From positions 32,001 through 96,000 of IMG/VR virus record IMGVR_UViG_3300049020_000031: a stretch of 64,000 bases of DNA; one strand, given 5' to 3'. This DNA is from a virus. The stretch's first letter is position 1; each line of letters opens with the position of its first letter. The notes beneath the pieces were generated by a model. It worked only from the letters and a program-made list of their open reading frames with translations, did not search any database and was not told the DNA's origin. This document shows, piece after piece, positions 37,504 through 46,945 of this stretch. The translations under genes were made by a program, and so were the position numbers.

Positions 37504-38369
37504 TATATCCTTTGATTCAGAAACAAGTCCTTTGATTTCACTTCCGGATACATGATCCAGAGATCCTGCAATTCCTTGAATATGATTTCCTTTATGAGGT
37601 TATAGGCTTCATTCACCAGATCTGATTTTAGTGGATGATGGTATGGTGCATTCTTTATGATACCCAACGCGGTCGGAACATTATTGGCGTCTTCTATTGA
37701 AGACGAGTGTTCCGAATCCATCATCTTTCTGAGGGATGCTTGATCTCTAGTTGGATACATTGCGGATGAAAAGATCCAACTCCGATATTTGGTAACTTCA
37801 CTCACCCATTCATATTCGATTTGATTTGTGGTATAACGTGTTGGTTTCAAATATTTTTCAGATATGGAATTATGGTACTCATGATTTGATGCTCCCAATA
37901 TATCTCCATGAGTGAATGTATGTTGTGAAGCCATGATGTTTAAAAAAGTTGTAATTTCTCTGATAACAAATATAGACCCACCAAATTTGGATGATTGCTC
38001 AATCCTCATTCCTAGAGAACTCAATGGATATGTCATCATGAATTGCTTAATGATCTTACTTGATGGCTCGGTAAGGATAGATCGATATGCTTCGATTCTT
38101 TCAATCTTGTGTTTGGTAAAATCCTCAGCAAACAAACCTTCTTGATTTAACTCAGACCAAGCCTGCTCATACGCCGCCCATGAATTGAATGAATGACAGT
38201 CGAATCTTGAGCAAAAAATTGAAATAAAATATTCCAATTTGGTAGGACGTGTGGACAGTTCCTCCACACAAACTCCAAATTTCTTGATGTTTCTAGCTAG
38301 AAACGAATGTGGATTCAGACTCAACCATTCTTTGGTTGATTTCAAATCTACGGCTTCATATAGTTTCAT
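37497..38369 (-). CDS. hypothetical protein
   Basis: 290 aa; MKLYEA start. Confidence 0.6.
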   Translation of the reverse strand: MKLYEAVDLKSTKEWLSLNPHSFLARNIKKFGVCVEELSTRPTKLEYFISIFCSRFDCHSFNSWAAYEQAWSELNQEGLFAEDFTKHKIERIEAYRSILTEPSSKIIKQFMMTYPLSSLGMRIEQSSKFGGSIFVIREITTFLNIMASQHTFTHGDILGASNHEYHNSISEKYLKPTRYTTNQIEYEWVSEVTKYRSWIFSSAMYPTRDQASLRKMMDSEHSSSIEDANNVPTALGIIKNAPYHHPLKSDLVNEAYNLIKEIIFKELQDLWIMYPEVKSKDLFLNQRIYW

Positions 38370-38628
38370 ATTCAGGTAACCAGTCAAGATTCATATCACG
38401 TCGACTAACTTTTTCAAAATACTCCGAGAATGCAAACCTAACCAAAAGCAAATCCGTGTCTGTGATAACCTGGTCTGAACCCAATAGCATGACCTTGTTT
38501 CCAGCTATTCCTATCACGGTCAAAGCGGGGAATTGTTCTCTCAATATTTTAAAAACTTTGAGATGAAAGCCTCCAGACGGCATGATCTGCTGCGTTTCGT
38601 TCTTCAGGAGGATCGAGTCGACAATCAT
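38356..38628 (-). CDS. hypothetical protein, divergent FKL-like
   Basis: ITDTDLLLVRFAF. Confidence 0.5.
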   Translation of the reverse strand: MIVDSILLKNETQQIMPSGGFHLKVFKILREQFPALTVIGIAGNKVMLLGSDQVITDTDLLLVRFAFSEYFEKVSRRDMNLDWLPEYETI

Positions 38629-38837
38629 CCCAGTTCAAAATTGGCGTTGTTGAGGAATTCCAAAAATGCATCTTGGGCGGCCACCAATTGCTCTGCCAAC
38701 TCGACCATTTCCCGAGCATCTGTGGAATGCGGGTCATCCGGATCCAAATGTTGAATAACCGTCTGTGCCATTTCCTCGACACTGATAGGAGAGCCCTCAA
38801 ACTGATCTCTGAATTCCTCTAAGGTAATTTTACTCAT
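38625..38837 (-). CDS. small acidic protein
   Basis: GAGGA RBS; MSKITL start. Confidence 0.6.
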   Translation of the reverse strand: MSKITLEEFRDQFEGSPISVEEMAQTVIQHLDPDDPHSTDAREMVELAEQLVAAQDAFLEFLNNANFELG

Positions 38838-38925
38838 AACGATCCTCAAAATACCATGATGTGATGGCATCATCTTTTAGTCAAATAAATGGCGGATCCA
38901 TACCAAATGAATGTATAATGATGTG

Positions 38926-39198
38926 ATGATAACAATCCTGAAGTCACAAACATTCCAAGAATTCATGGAAGAATACCGGGGCACGCAAGTTGCCTGGAGG
39001 TGGTCAACCATTGATGACTTCGACAAACGTGACCCAGAGTTTGTCCTCATGCTATCTGATGACAAGTTTGATTACAATTATCCCCATGTGGACTATTCAG
39101 GGAAAGTGATTGATATGCACTACACCGCTTCCACTTGGTTTTGCATATTCGAATTTGAATCCGACGCAGTCATGTTCACCCTGTTACTTGATCGATAA
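38926..39198 (+). CDS. FKL-motif family protein, probably leaderless
   Basis: IFEFESDAVMFTLLL; TATAAT-6nt-ATG. Confidence 0.65.
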   Translation: MITILKSQTFQEFMEEYRGTQVAWRWSTIDDFDKRDPEFVLMLSDDKFDYNYPHVDYSGKVIDMHYTASTWFCIFEFESDAVMFTLLLDR

Positions 39199-39208
39199 GG
39201 AGCCAGTC

Positions 39209-39679
39209 ATGCGCGAAACTTCTCTTACTGACGACGAATTCAAGAAAATCCACAATGCCTTTTGCGCATTTGCCGGTGTGAAGCAACGCCTCGAAGGCGT
39301 AGTGCATCCAGACATCATCAAACAGTTGTCCGATGCGTGTGACGAGCTGTTGGCAGGGATCCAACGACCACTAGATGTCATGGATGCAGAGGATGACGAA
39401 AATGCAGCCAGGGCTCGAGCTTACGGTAAAGCAATCAAGGTCAAGTCTGTTTGGTCCATGGATGTTCCCGCATCGTTTGACGATATCGCGTTTCGTGGTG
39501 TTAGTCGACTGCATTATCGAAATCAAACTATTTCCCTCCCAACCGATGTTTCGTGGAAAATCCTGTGGATCGCATCTGATCTGTTGATCTTTGAAGGTGA
39601 ACCCACAGATCATATCTTCATTGAGGGTTTTGATCTTTCTCTAGATGGTACATACTTGACTTTGCGCACTGGAAGTTGA
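39209..39679 (+). CDS. hypothetical protein
   Basis: AAGGAG RBS; C-terminal DHIFIEGF...LRTGS. Confidence 0.7.
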   Translation: MRETSLTDDEFKKIHNAFCAFAGVKQRLEGVVHPDIIKQLSDACDELLAGIQRPLDVMDAEDDENAARARAYGKAIKVKSVWSMDVPASFDDIAFRGVSRLHYRNQTISLPTDVSWKILWIASDLLIFEGEPTDHIFIEGFDLSLDGTYLTLRTGS

Positions 39680-39841
39680 AATCAGGAATTCAAGTGTGTT
39701 ACTGAATGTAACAGTTTGAATATTTGTTCATTTAAACGTTGACTTGAATTTCACTTGAACTTATAGTTGATACATGGCGCAGGTGAAGACGAAGAAAGTC
39801 CAAAGCTGCAAATGGTAAGTTAACTTTTTAGGAGATCACAA

Positions 39842-40258
39842 ATGGCTGCTACTGTACAAATTCTGAAGGTTGGTCACGCTCTGGTGCAAGGTGCACGTGG
39901 TGAAAAGGGCGGCGCCCCAAGCAAGGACAGCCTGTTTGGTGTTGCTCAAATCACGCAAGGTGTGGTGAGCTCGCTGGTTACTTTCGGTGGTCGTCGTGGT
40001 GGCTTCCTGCGCTTCAAGACCTACCCCAAGGCTTCCGCTGATGCAGTGATGGCCAAGTTTGACGCAAAGCTGGTGAAGGCACAAGGTGGCTTCAACTACA
40101 CGGACGTGACAGCAAACGCTGCTGAACTCCTGGGTGCAGACTTCGCTGACAAGCTGCTGGTGAACTTCCGCGCTGCAAGCAATGCCAAGAAGGTCAACAC
40201 TCGCGCAACGGCCAAGAAGGCAAAGGTCGGCACGACCCGCGCAAACACTGGTCTGTGA
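39842..40258 (+). CDS. basic, Ala/Lys-rich early protein
   Basis: TTGACT-17nt-TATAGT promoter, AGGAG RBS, strongly biased codons. Confidence 0.75.
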   Translation: MAATVQILKVGHALVQGARGEKGGAPSKDSLFGVAQITQGVVSSLVTFGGRRGGFLRFKTYPKASADAVMAKFDAKLVKAQGGFNYTDVTANAAELLGADFADKLLVNFRAASNAKKVNTRATAKKAKVGTTRANTGL

Positions 40259-40264
40259 TCTGAA

Positions 40265-40467
40265 TGTGTGGTGAGGTTCTAGTGGAACCTCTTAAGAACT
40301 GTTAGGAGACAGTCGCCACCCACAAAGGCCCTGGGCGAATATGAAAGTCCAGGAATGTTACTCGGCAAACTGGAAGGAGTATGTAATGATTCGATTCCGA
40401 TGTTGACGCTCTGATCGTAGATAAACTTAAGAGTATACCATGAAAGGCCATCACGTGATGGCCTTTC
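40265..40467 (+). ncRNA. candidate structured intergenic RNA
   Basis: multiple nested stems plus long-range CTCTTAAG/CTTAAGAG complementarity; ends in a 26-bp palindrome. Confidence 0.4.
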
Positions 40468-40500
40468 GCACCTATAATGAAAGCCTCATAAGGAGAAAAC

Positions 40501-40869
40501 ATGTTCGAAAATTTCGCAAAACTTTTCGGTATTGCTAGTGGCGGTTCAGTCACAATCAATGGCAAAACCTATCATGGCACCAATGTCACAGTTGTCAATG
40601 GTGTGGTGACTATTGACGGTAAGGTTCAAGGTGGTGCCATTCATGGGCCCATCTCCATATCGGTTCAGGGCAACGTGGGTTCTATCGAGACTTCTGCTGG
40701 CGACATCAACGTCAAGGGTGACTGTTCTGGTGATATCGAGACCTCTGCTGGTGACATCGACGTTGAGGGTAATTGTTCTGGTGATATCAAGACTATTTCC
40801 GGAGACGTATCAGTCACCGGATCTGTTGGTGGGAAAATCAACACCGTTTCTGGTGACATCAATAGATGA
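40501..40869 (+). CDS. beta-solenoid repeat protein (DUF4097-like)
   Basis: repeated IxTxxGDIxV units. Confidence 0.7.
   Translation: MFENFAKLFGIASGGSVTINGKTYHGTNVTVVNGVVTIDGKVQGGAIHGPISISVQGNVGSIETSAGDINVKGDCSGDIETSAGDIDVEGNCSGDIKTISGDVSVTGSVGGKINTVSGDINR
40684..40785 (+). repeat. two 51-bp tandem coding repeats
   Basis: IETSAGDINVKGDCSGD / IETSAGDIDVEGNCSGD. Confidence 0.85.
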
Positions 40870-41132
40870 GATCCAGGTATCTGTTCTCCAGAACAGATCG
40901 AAATATAAAGCCAAGAGTAATTCGAAATATTGCTGGCTACCGATACACGGAATGCGATATTGACGCACAAACGTTATATCAGATCATAAAGTCTCACGAC
41001 TGTGATGCCACTATGATAACCAAATGGGGTCATTGGCAATACACTTACGAGGTTGACGATGATGCCATAGTTGCTATAGCATTGTCAGTGAGTGCTTGCA
41101 ATTATCAAGTTGATAACACCAAAGCAGATTGA
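40866..41132 (+). CDS. hypothetical protein
   Basis: ATGA overlap. Confidence 0.5.
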   Translation: MRSRYLFSRTDRNIKPRVIRNIAGYRYTECDIDAQTLYQIIKSHDCDATMITKWGHWQYTYEVDDDAIVAIALSVSACNYQVDNTKAD

Positions 41133-41161
41133 AAATGATGGGCCCCTGGGGCCCATCATTT

Positions 41162-41467
41162 TCACAAGTTTGCGGTTTCTACAATCCAATGAACTTGATC
41201 TGAAAACAACAACTTGAATTCTATCATCGCATATTCGTCATGAAAATCTACCTGCATATAGAATTTCGACCATTCAGAATACATTAGGTTTGATTTGATA
41301 ATCGCTTTTCTCAAGAGATCCTCGGTATCACCCAACGCCCATTCCTGCATCGCCTGTTTGGCTTCTGCGATGGAAATGTGTGTTTTGAGTCTGACGGTGG
41401 TTTTGATCATATAACTGAAGGGGGCCAAGGCCCCCTCATTCCGGTAATAGTTGATTACTTCAACCAC
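41162..41467 (-). CDS. FKL-motif family protein
   Basis: DFHDEYAMIEFKLLF. Confidence 0.6.
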   Translation of the reverse strand: MVEVINYYRNEGALAPFSYMIKTTVRLKTHISIAEAKQAMQEWALGDTEDLLRKAIIKSNLMYSEWSKFYMQVDFHDEYAMIEFKLLFSDQVHWIVETANL

Positions 41468-41976
41468 TCATCCATCACATATGCTTCCCATGGGGTAAAG
41501 GTTCCGGCCGTCTTGAAGTCTTCGGCCTTCACACACCACACGCCACCATTTTCAGTATTACCGTAGTCACTATGGAGTTTCAGAGTTGTGTAAGCACCAA
41601 TCTTGTCCATGCGTGGGAAACGTGTTCCGATCAGGATGACGAACAACTTACCGAATGGGCCCTGGGGGTCTGGGCAGCGGGCCACAAACTCATCAGTCAA
41701 TTGGTCTGGGCGGATTTCCAGAGTAACGCGAGTGCCTTCACCCATCAGCTTGTTGGCCAGATCGAAAGCCTTGTCCAGGTCGATATCAAGGGGATTACCC
41801 GCTGGGTCATACATGTACCCCAGGAGAATGTGTGAACATTCCGCATGAGTGTTCAGCATCTCCGTGCATTCATCGTATGAATATTGACCGGGGGCGATCA
41901 TTGTTGGCAGCAGGAAGTGGTTGGTGGCTTCAATTTCCAAGCCCTTGAAGAATTTTACTGGTTTTGTGCGGTCCAT
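41455..41976 (-). CDS. hypothetical protein near the TGT-like gene
   Basis: VKFFKGLEIE...N.GVWC; AAGGA RBS. Confidence 0.7.
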   Translation of the reverse strand: MDRTKPVKFFKGLEIEATNHFLLPTMIAPGQYSYDECTEMLNTHAECSHILLGYMYDPAGNPLDIDLDKAFDLANKLMGEGTRVTLEIRPDQLTDEFVARCPDPQGPFGKLFVILIGTRFPRMDKIGAYTTLKLHSDYGNTENGGVWCVKAEDFKTAGTFTPWEAYVMDEWLK

Positions 41977-42126
41977 TTGTGGTATCCTTGTTTTGTGTTA
42001 TTTGTTGATTATACCGTTGCGAGATGGCATTCGCAATTTGTTTTGTCAAGAGTTCGTTTGGTAACATCTTGATGCTATACTGGCACGATATTTCAGGAGC
42101 CCAGTATGCAACATGCCAAGCATTAT

Positions 42127-42480
42127 ATGAAGACCATCGCGGGTGCATCATTTGTATGGATAACCGCCATGGTGTTTGCCAGTATGGTATTCCTCATCCT
42201 AGATGAAGCCAGTGGCAAGACAACCAAGGTCATCCGCCAAGTTAAAGTGATTTCAGCAACAGTTGACTCCAAATCAAACAAGGTGAAGATGCAACTGGAG
42301 AACACCGTCGGTGAAAAGTGGTGGCATGTATCCGATATTGCATTTAGTGATTGTCCCTTCATGGAATATCACAAATTCAAGAACGTGTACATCACCACCA
42401 ACGTCACCTACTTCTTACGGTATCAAAGGTACGGTGTGGAAGGGGTGGTTACTTTTTGCCACAAGGCAAAACACTCTTGA
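42127..42480 (+). CDS. membrane-anchored hypothetical protein
   Basis: N-terminal TM; start uncertain (42106 or 42127). Confidence 0.5.
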   Translation: MKTIAGASFVWITAMVFASMVFLILDEASGKTTKVIRQVKVISATVDSKSNKVKMQLENTVGEKWWHVSDIAFSDCPFMEYHKFKNVYITTNVTYFLRYQRYGVEGVVTFCHKAKHS

Positions 42481-42724
42481 ACTGAGCTGATGCACTATTG
42501 ATTACAATGCTTCTGGTGAGGGAAGGCCAGAGCATTTTGAACATGACCATCGCTGAATCATTGGGGGCGATGAAAATAATACCCATTTGAATTCTGGCGC
42601 AACAGTCACTATACCCTGATAGTGTTGCCCATTCCATAACCTCTGAGTACTTGTCAGGGGGTATGAAATAGGCCACATATGTGGTTTGATTGTTATCCGA
42701 AGATGCCAATTTGATTCCATTCAA
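42449..42724 (-). CDS. FKL-motif family protein
   Basis: APNDSAMVMFKMLW. Confidence 0.55.
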   Translation of the reverse strand: MNGIKLASSDNNQTTYVAYFIPPDKYSEVMEWATLSGYSDCCARIQMGIIFIAPNDSAMVMFKMLWPSLTRSIVINSASAQFKSVLPCGKK

Positions 42725-44315
42725 CTGGAGTTGGGTCTACCTTGATTTCCTTGGGAATCTTCTTTCTTGAGCGAGCATCCAGGATATCACTCAGATCTTC
42801 CAGGGAAATCGTGGGCTTCTCGAAGAATTCAAAGAACATTGATTCACCCGGACGTTCTCCTGAAATCAGATCGCTGTACTTTGATGCTTCTTGTTCAACC
42901 AGCTTCAAAGACTTTGCCGTGTAATCATCCTTCTCGGCATCACTCAGTGAGTCCCAAGCCTTACCGTCAGTGTAGAACAGACGGTTCACAAAGTCCTTGA
43001 ATTCCAGGAAAATAGAGGGAATGTGATCGGCGGCATCTGGGGCGAACAACTTGTCGCACACGTATTCAACCGCATGGGCTTGCATCTCAACGTTATGCGC
43101 CATGATGTAGTAATAGGACGCGGTATCCATTCTGTACGCCTTCTTGGTTTTACCCTCGATAGGAGCCAGGATGAAGTCACTCATCTTCAACTTTGCGCTG
43201 ACATTACTCTTCTTGTGGTTTGGATCAGCCATTCTCTCAGAGCTCACACCATTGTAAAGGAAGGGCAGTGCACCGTGGGCTACTTGATTGCCATTCTCAT
43301 CCTCGGTCAACACACCGTCAATATACCGAGCGTCCATGGGAAATTCTGCGCTGATGAGGTTCAGACCTTTGGGACTCACCGCGTAGTCGGTCACATAGTT
43401 GCCATTGACTGCATAGAGGAACGCACTCGAGGCATCGTATGAAATCTGAATGCCGTCATTGAGGTTTCTGCTCAATGATTCGTTCAGGGCTGCCAAGTAT
43501 GCTGCGGTACTAAGACGTGAGCGACCCAAAACGTGGATCCAACGGTCTGGACCACTCAAGTAACCATCACGTCGTAGACGCACCAGAAGACGCATGGTTA
43601 GACTTGGATCACCACCTGTAGCGCCGCCTAATGCCCAACCCTCAAAGGCTCTTTCGCCGTGGATATCAGTGTTGCTGAAAGGAGTCACAGCATCATACCA
43701 TTCATCCGCTTCTTTGTCTGAGCGACCTTGCAGAACATTCAGGAATTTGGTTTTGCCTGGAGTTCTGTTGTTGATAAAGAAGTGATTGTTCCAAACTGTA
43801 CCCTTAAGACAGTTCTGGAACTCATCAGTACTTGGAGTCAGGGGATCAGTAGTTGGATCGAAATGCATCAGCGTGGCTGGAAGCCTGCCAGTGTCGATAG
43901 CCCAAGCTGGCCAATCAAGTACCATGCTGTAATCAGCGGTATGTTCCAACCATCTCATCAATTCAAGTCGTTGATTAATCGACTTCTCGCTGAGCGGATT
44001 CTTCCAGTCAAAGTCCAGGACACCAGTAGCTGCCTGGAACCCACCAGAGTCACCAATAAGCACCGAGTTTGATCTGTTTCTACCCTGAATCATTGGTTCA
44101 CGTTCGTCGCTCTTTTGTGGATCCAGGTGGGCATGGCCTGCTGAATACAGGTTGGCAGGCCACGTGAAGTGATTCTTGTTCACATCGTCCATGAAATTCA
44201 GTAGGTCAAAATCTACTGGTTGACGTGGCCACTTCTTTGCGTGGGCCAACACGAACATTTGACTCACCGAAGGGGTAAAAAAAGCGTATCGTTTGGGGTG
44301 TAAAATCTGTGCCAT
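42693..44315 (-). CDS. tRNA-guanine transglycosylase (TGT)/DpdA-like TIM-barrel enzyme
   Basis: GDSGGFQ, MVLDWP, LNVLQG, GWALGG, IHVLG, ISYDASS, AHN. Confidence 0.75.
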   Translation of the reverse strand: MAQILHPKRYAFFTPSVSQMFVLAHAKKWPRQPVDFDLLNFMDDVNKNHFTWPANLYSAGHAHLDPQKSDEREPMIQGRNRSNSVLIGDSGGFQAATGVLDFDWKNPLSEKSINQRLELMRWLEHTADYSMVLDWPAWAIDTGRLPATLMHFDPTTDPLTPSTDEFQNCLKGTVWNNHFFINNRTPGKTKFLNVLQGRSDKEADEWYDAVTPFSNTDIHGERAFEGWALGGATGGDPSLTMRLLVRLRRDGYLSGPDRWIHVLGRSRLSTAAYLAALNESLSRNLNDGIQISYDASSAFLYAVNGNYVTDYAVSPKGLNLISAEFPMDARYIDGVLTEDENGNQVAHGALPFLYNGVSSERMADPNHKKSNVSAKLKMSDFILAPIEGKTKKAYRMDTASYYYIMAHNVEMQAHAVEYVCDKLFAPDAADHIPSIFLEFKDFVNRLFYTDGKAWDSLSDAEKDDYTAKSLKLVEQEASKYSDLISGERPGESMFFEFFEKPTISLEDLSDILDARSRKKIPKEIKVDPTPVEWNQIGIFG

Positions 44316-44316
44316 A

Positions 44317-44997
44317 TTATTCTTTTTCTTTTTCTGTTGATTGTAAATGGGCAAGCTTCTTGAGCTCCCAAGTTCTCTTTCTAGATTCAGCTATTTTAGC
44401 TCTAGTTTCAGGAGATTGCGATTTTCCCAGCATTCCACTTGGCTTTCCTCTGTTGGCTTCCGCCCCCTTAGGGTTTGGTTTCCCTCTGCGAGTCGCAGCA
44501 CTTTTTTCCACGGCTTCTCTAGACATGGGAACTCCGACCCTTCTTGCCGCCGCTGCGTGATTGGAAGCCAAAGCTTCAGGAGAAAGTTTCCTTCCTTTCA
44601 TCCGAGCAGATTTTGCAGCAACCACTTCTGGCGATTGTTTCTTTCCTTTGTGAGGGCTAGGGTTTCCCTTCATACGAATAGAAGCTTCACGCGCAACTTC
44701 TCTTCTTATCCATCCAAACATTTTCAATTTTGATGCTCTTCGCCCCACTGAACTATTTAGGTTAGACATGGCGGCACACGCCATCACCAATCTATGGTAA
44801 TACTGGGTACCTTTATGTATTTTTACCAACAATTGGTGACACAAATAATGTTCCTCGGGGGTGAGTCGAACTAAATTTTCAATGTCATCAGTGCCACCCA
44901 TACATCTTGGAATTATGTGATGCTTCTCGGAATAGCTATCCAGAAGTCGAGATTTTGCTCGATGAATAATTCGATCGTATATTTCTTGATAGTTCAC
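44317..44997 (-). mobile_element. free-standing HNH homing endonuclease with NUMOD3 repeats
   Basis: EKHHIIPRCMGG...NLVRLT.EEHYLCHQLL; repeated KGKKQSPE, KGRKLSPE, GKSQSPETRAKI. Confidence 0.85.
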
Positions 44998-45081
44998 AGA
45001 AGTTGATTATACGCCACATCAGGTTTTTACTCAAAATAAAAGCCCATCACCGTGGGCTTTTATTTAGGATCAGTGGAAACT

Positions 45082-45384
45082 TTATGCCATCGGCTCTGCA
45101 ATGATCATCAATGGATGGCCGTGGCTGCGAGCATCATCGGATGCTTGTTGGGCTTTCTGTTCCGCAACTTCACGCGAGTATTGTGCCACGATGCCACGCC
45201 CGGACGTATGAATTGCCATCGTGATAGCATATGCAGCCTCACCTGTTTTTCCGAAACGAAGTTCCAGGAGATCCATAACGAAATCCATTGGAGTGAAATC
45301 GTCATTGAGGAAGATGACGTTCCACATCTTAATGGGAGCCAGCTTGGTCTTGGACTTGGTTTCAGAGATTGTTGAGGTGCTCAT
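45082..45384 (-). CDS. clpS: ATP-dependent Clp protease adaptor ClpS
   Basis: VIFLNDDFTPMDFV...IHTSG.G...AEQK...HPL. Confidence 0.92.
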   Translation of the reverse strand: MSTSTISETKSKTKLAPIKMWNVIFLNDDFTPMDFVMDLLELRFGKTGEAAYAITMAIHTSGRGIVAQYSREVAEQKAQQASDDARSHGHPLMIIAEPMA

Positions 45385-45691
45385 TTCGCTTCACTTTCAA
45401 ATAGTTGGACAGATAGGATTGGATGTTGGCTGCTCCGGCAACATTCTGGCTATGGACATAGAACGTGAATTCACTATTCAGATCGATCTTGCCGTCAAGA
45501 TCCATTTCAACCAAAACCTTTGCGATGTCCATTCCTGTTGGAATGTTTTCACCAAGGTCATGATCGAATGAGATGAAATGCGGGGCACCCAACTCCATGA
45601 TGGTTGCCATGACTTCATCAAGATTTCGACAGATGACAAAGCTGTTGTCAACCGGGAATCGCTCGTCATCAATGAATAACTTATACGTCAT
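45362..45691 (-). CDS. cyclic-phosphate-processing receiver-like domain protein
   Basis: LFIDDER...ISFDHDLG...TGMD...VHSQN. Confidence 0.7.
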   Translation of the reverse strand: MTYKLFIDDERFPVDNSFVICRNLDEVMATIMELGAPHFISFDHDLGENIPTGMDIAKVLVEMDLDGKIDLNSEFTFYVHSQNVAGAANIQSYLSNYLKVKRNEHLNNL

Positions 45692-45731
45692 TCAACCAGT
45701 ATAACGCCATTCTTCAACTGGCGTTACGCCC

Positions 45732-46310
45732 TTATGAAATAATCTGCATCACACGATCACAACGCTCATCAATTGGACCATCAAGGACATGAACGTTGTC
45801 AACTCGGTGAATGGCGGTGAAGATCAAACTCATGTGATTTTCCAGAGTTTGAATCTGTTCTGGAGTTTGGTATCTGGTTCCGTCAGAAAGCATGTTGGGA
45901 TTGCTCGCATATGTTTCAGCCATCGGAATGAAGAACACATGGGTGTAACGTTTCAGGAACAAATCATTGATGAGGAAACGATACATGTCAGCCAACACAA
46001 TTCTCTGACGAGCGTCAGTGTTGTCAGCATACAGGCTGGCGTAGAAGTATGGGGTCAGGACTCCTGAGTCAGTCACCATGTATTCCACGTTCTTGGGGAT
46101 AACATTTTCCAACTGTTCCTGATTGGAACGAGTGCGGTACTGCTCCCAGATGTTGGACATAGGTCCGTTGATTTGAATGTCAGAGCGAACGAACTCGGTA
46201 ACGAGTTCTGCATTCTTATGCTGCTTCTTCAAACGAACATACACTTCTGCGCTCAGAGTCGACTTACCCGAACCCGCATTGCCGATAAAACAGATCTTGT
46301 TGGTTTGCAT
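45732..46310 (-). CDS. P-loop NTPase/kinase (AAA_28/NadR-like)
   Basis: GNAGSGKST, ELVTEFVR, VTDS, DGTRYQ. Confidence 0.75.
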   Translation of the reverse strand: MQTNKICFIGNAGSGKSTLSAEVYVRLKKQHKNAELVTEFVRSDIQINGPMSNIWEQYRTRSNQEQLENVIPKNVEYMVTDSGVLTPYFYASLYADNTDARQRIVLADMYRFLINDLFLKRYTHVFFIPMAETYASNPNMLSDGTRYQTPEQIQTLENHMSLIFTAIHRVDNVHVLDGPIDERCDRVMQIIS

Positions 46311-46362
46311 GATTTCCCCTATTGGTCCCAATTATAGTGGAAGCAAATCTGCCAATCAATAG

Positions 46363-46388
46363 AAAGGGGAGCAATCTGCTCCCCTTTT
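46363..46388. terminator. GGGGAGC hairpin, copy 3
   Basis: AAAGGGGAGCA-ATC-TGCTCCCCTTTT. Confidence 0.75.
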
Positions 46389-46405
46389 CGTTATGTCAAG
46401 ACTCT

Positions 46406-46834
46406 TTACAGAATGTCGTGAACCTTTGTTTTCTTTGTTTCAGGCTTGTTGATCTTCAGCTTGATGATCAGCAGTCCGTCCTCAAGAGAAACCTTGTCGA
46501 CTTCCATGTGATCTTCCAGCTTCCACTTTCTAGTGAAATCACGGAATGAAATTCCTTGATGAATCATCTTGGCGCCTTCGGGCATTTCTACATTACCCTT
46601 CACTCCACTGATAGTCAGTGAATCATTTTCTACTTCCACCTTGAGTTCGTTCTTGGCAAAGCCTGCGACCGCAAGAGTCAGAACGTAATTGGACTCATCC
46701 AGTGAAAGGATGCTGTGTGGTGGGTATTTTTCCGCCAAGTGCATGTCGAAGTTTCGTTCGATATTGGCGAGGGTTCCGATTGCGTTGCGGCGCAACCAAT
46801 CAGAAAGGTTGATGGTATCAATTCGCATAGTCAT
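46406..46834 (-). CDS. small heat shock protein Hsp20/IbpA-like
   Basis: YPPH, LAVAGF, HQGISFRDFTR, LEDGLLII; TATAAATA at 46909-46916. Confidence 0.9.
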   Translation of the reverse strand: MTMRIDTINLSDWLRRNAIGTLANIERNFDMHLAEKYPPHSILSLDESNYVLTLAVAGFAKNELKVEVENDSLTISGVKGNVEMPEGAKMIHQGISFRDFTRKWKLEDHMEVDKVSLEDGLLIIKLKINKPETKKTKVHDIL

Positions 46835-46945
46835 AGTTTTCTCCTTATTAAGCGAGTTATTTTGGGACCACAAGGGCTCCCAGGTATGGCCTTAAAAGCG
46901 CCATACCGTATTTATACTGAATTGAACTGACTATCGCAATATTTT

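Noticed and set aside
40362-40380. c-di-GMP-I riboswitch (GGCAAAC)
   Set aside because: The rest of the GEMM pattern (GAAA tetraloop stem, GACGCAAAGC) is absent
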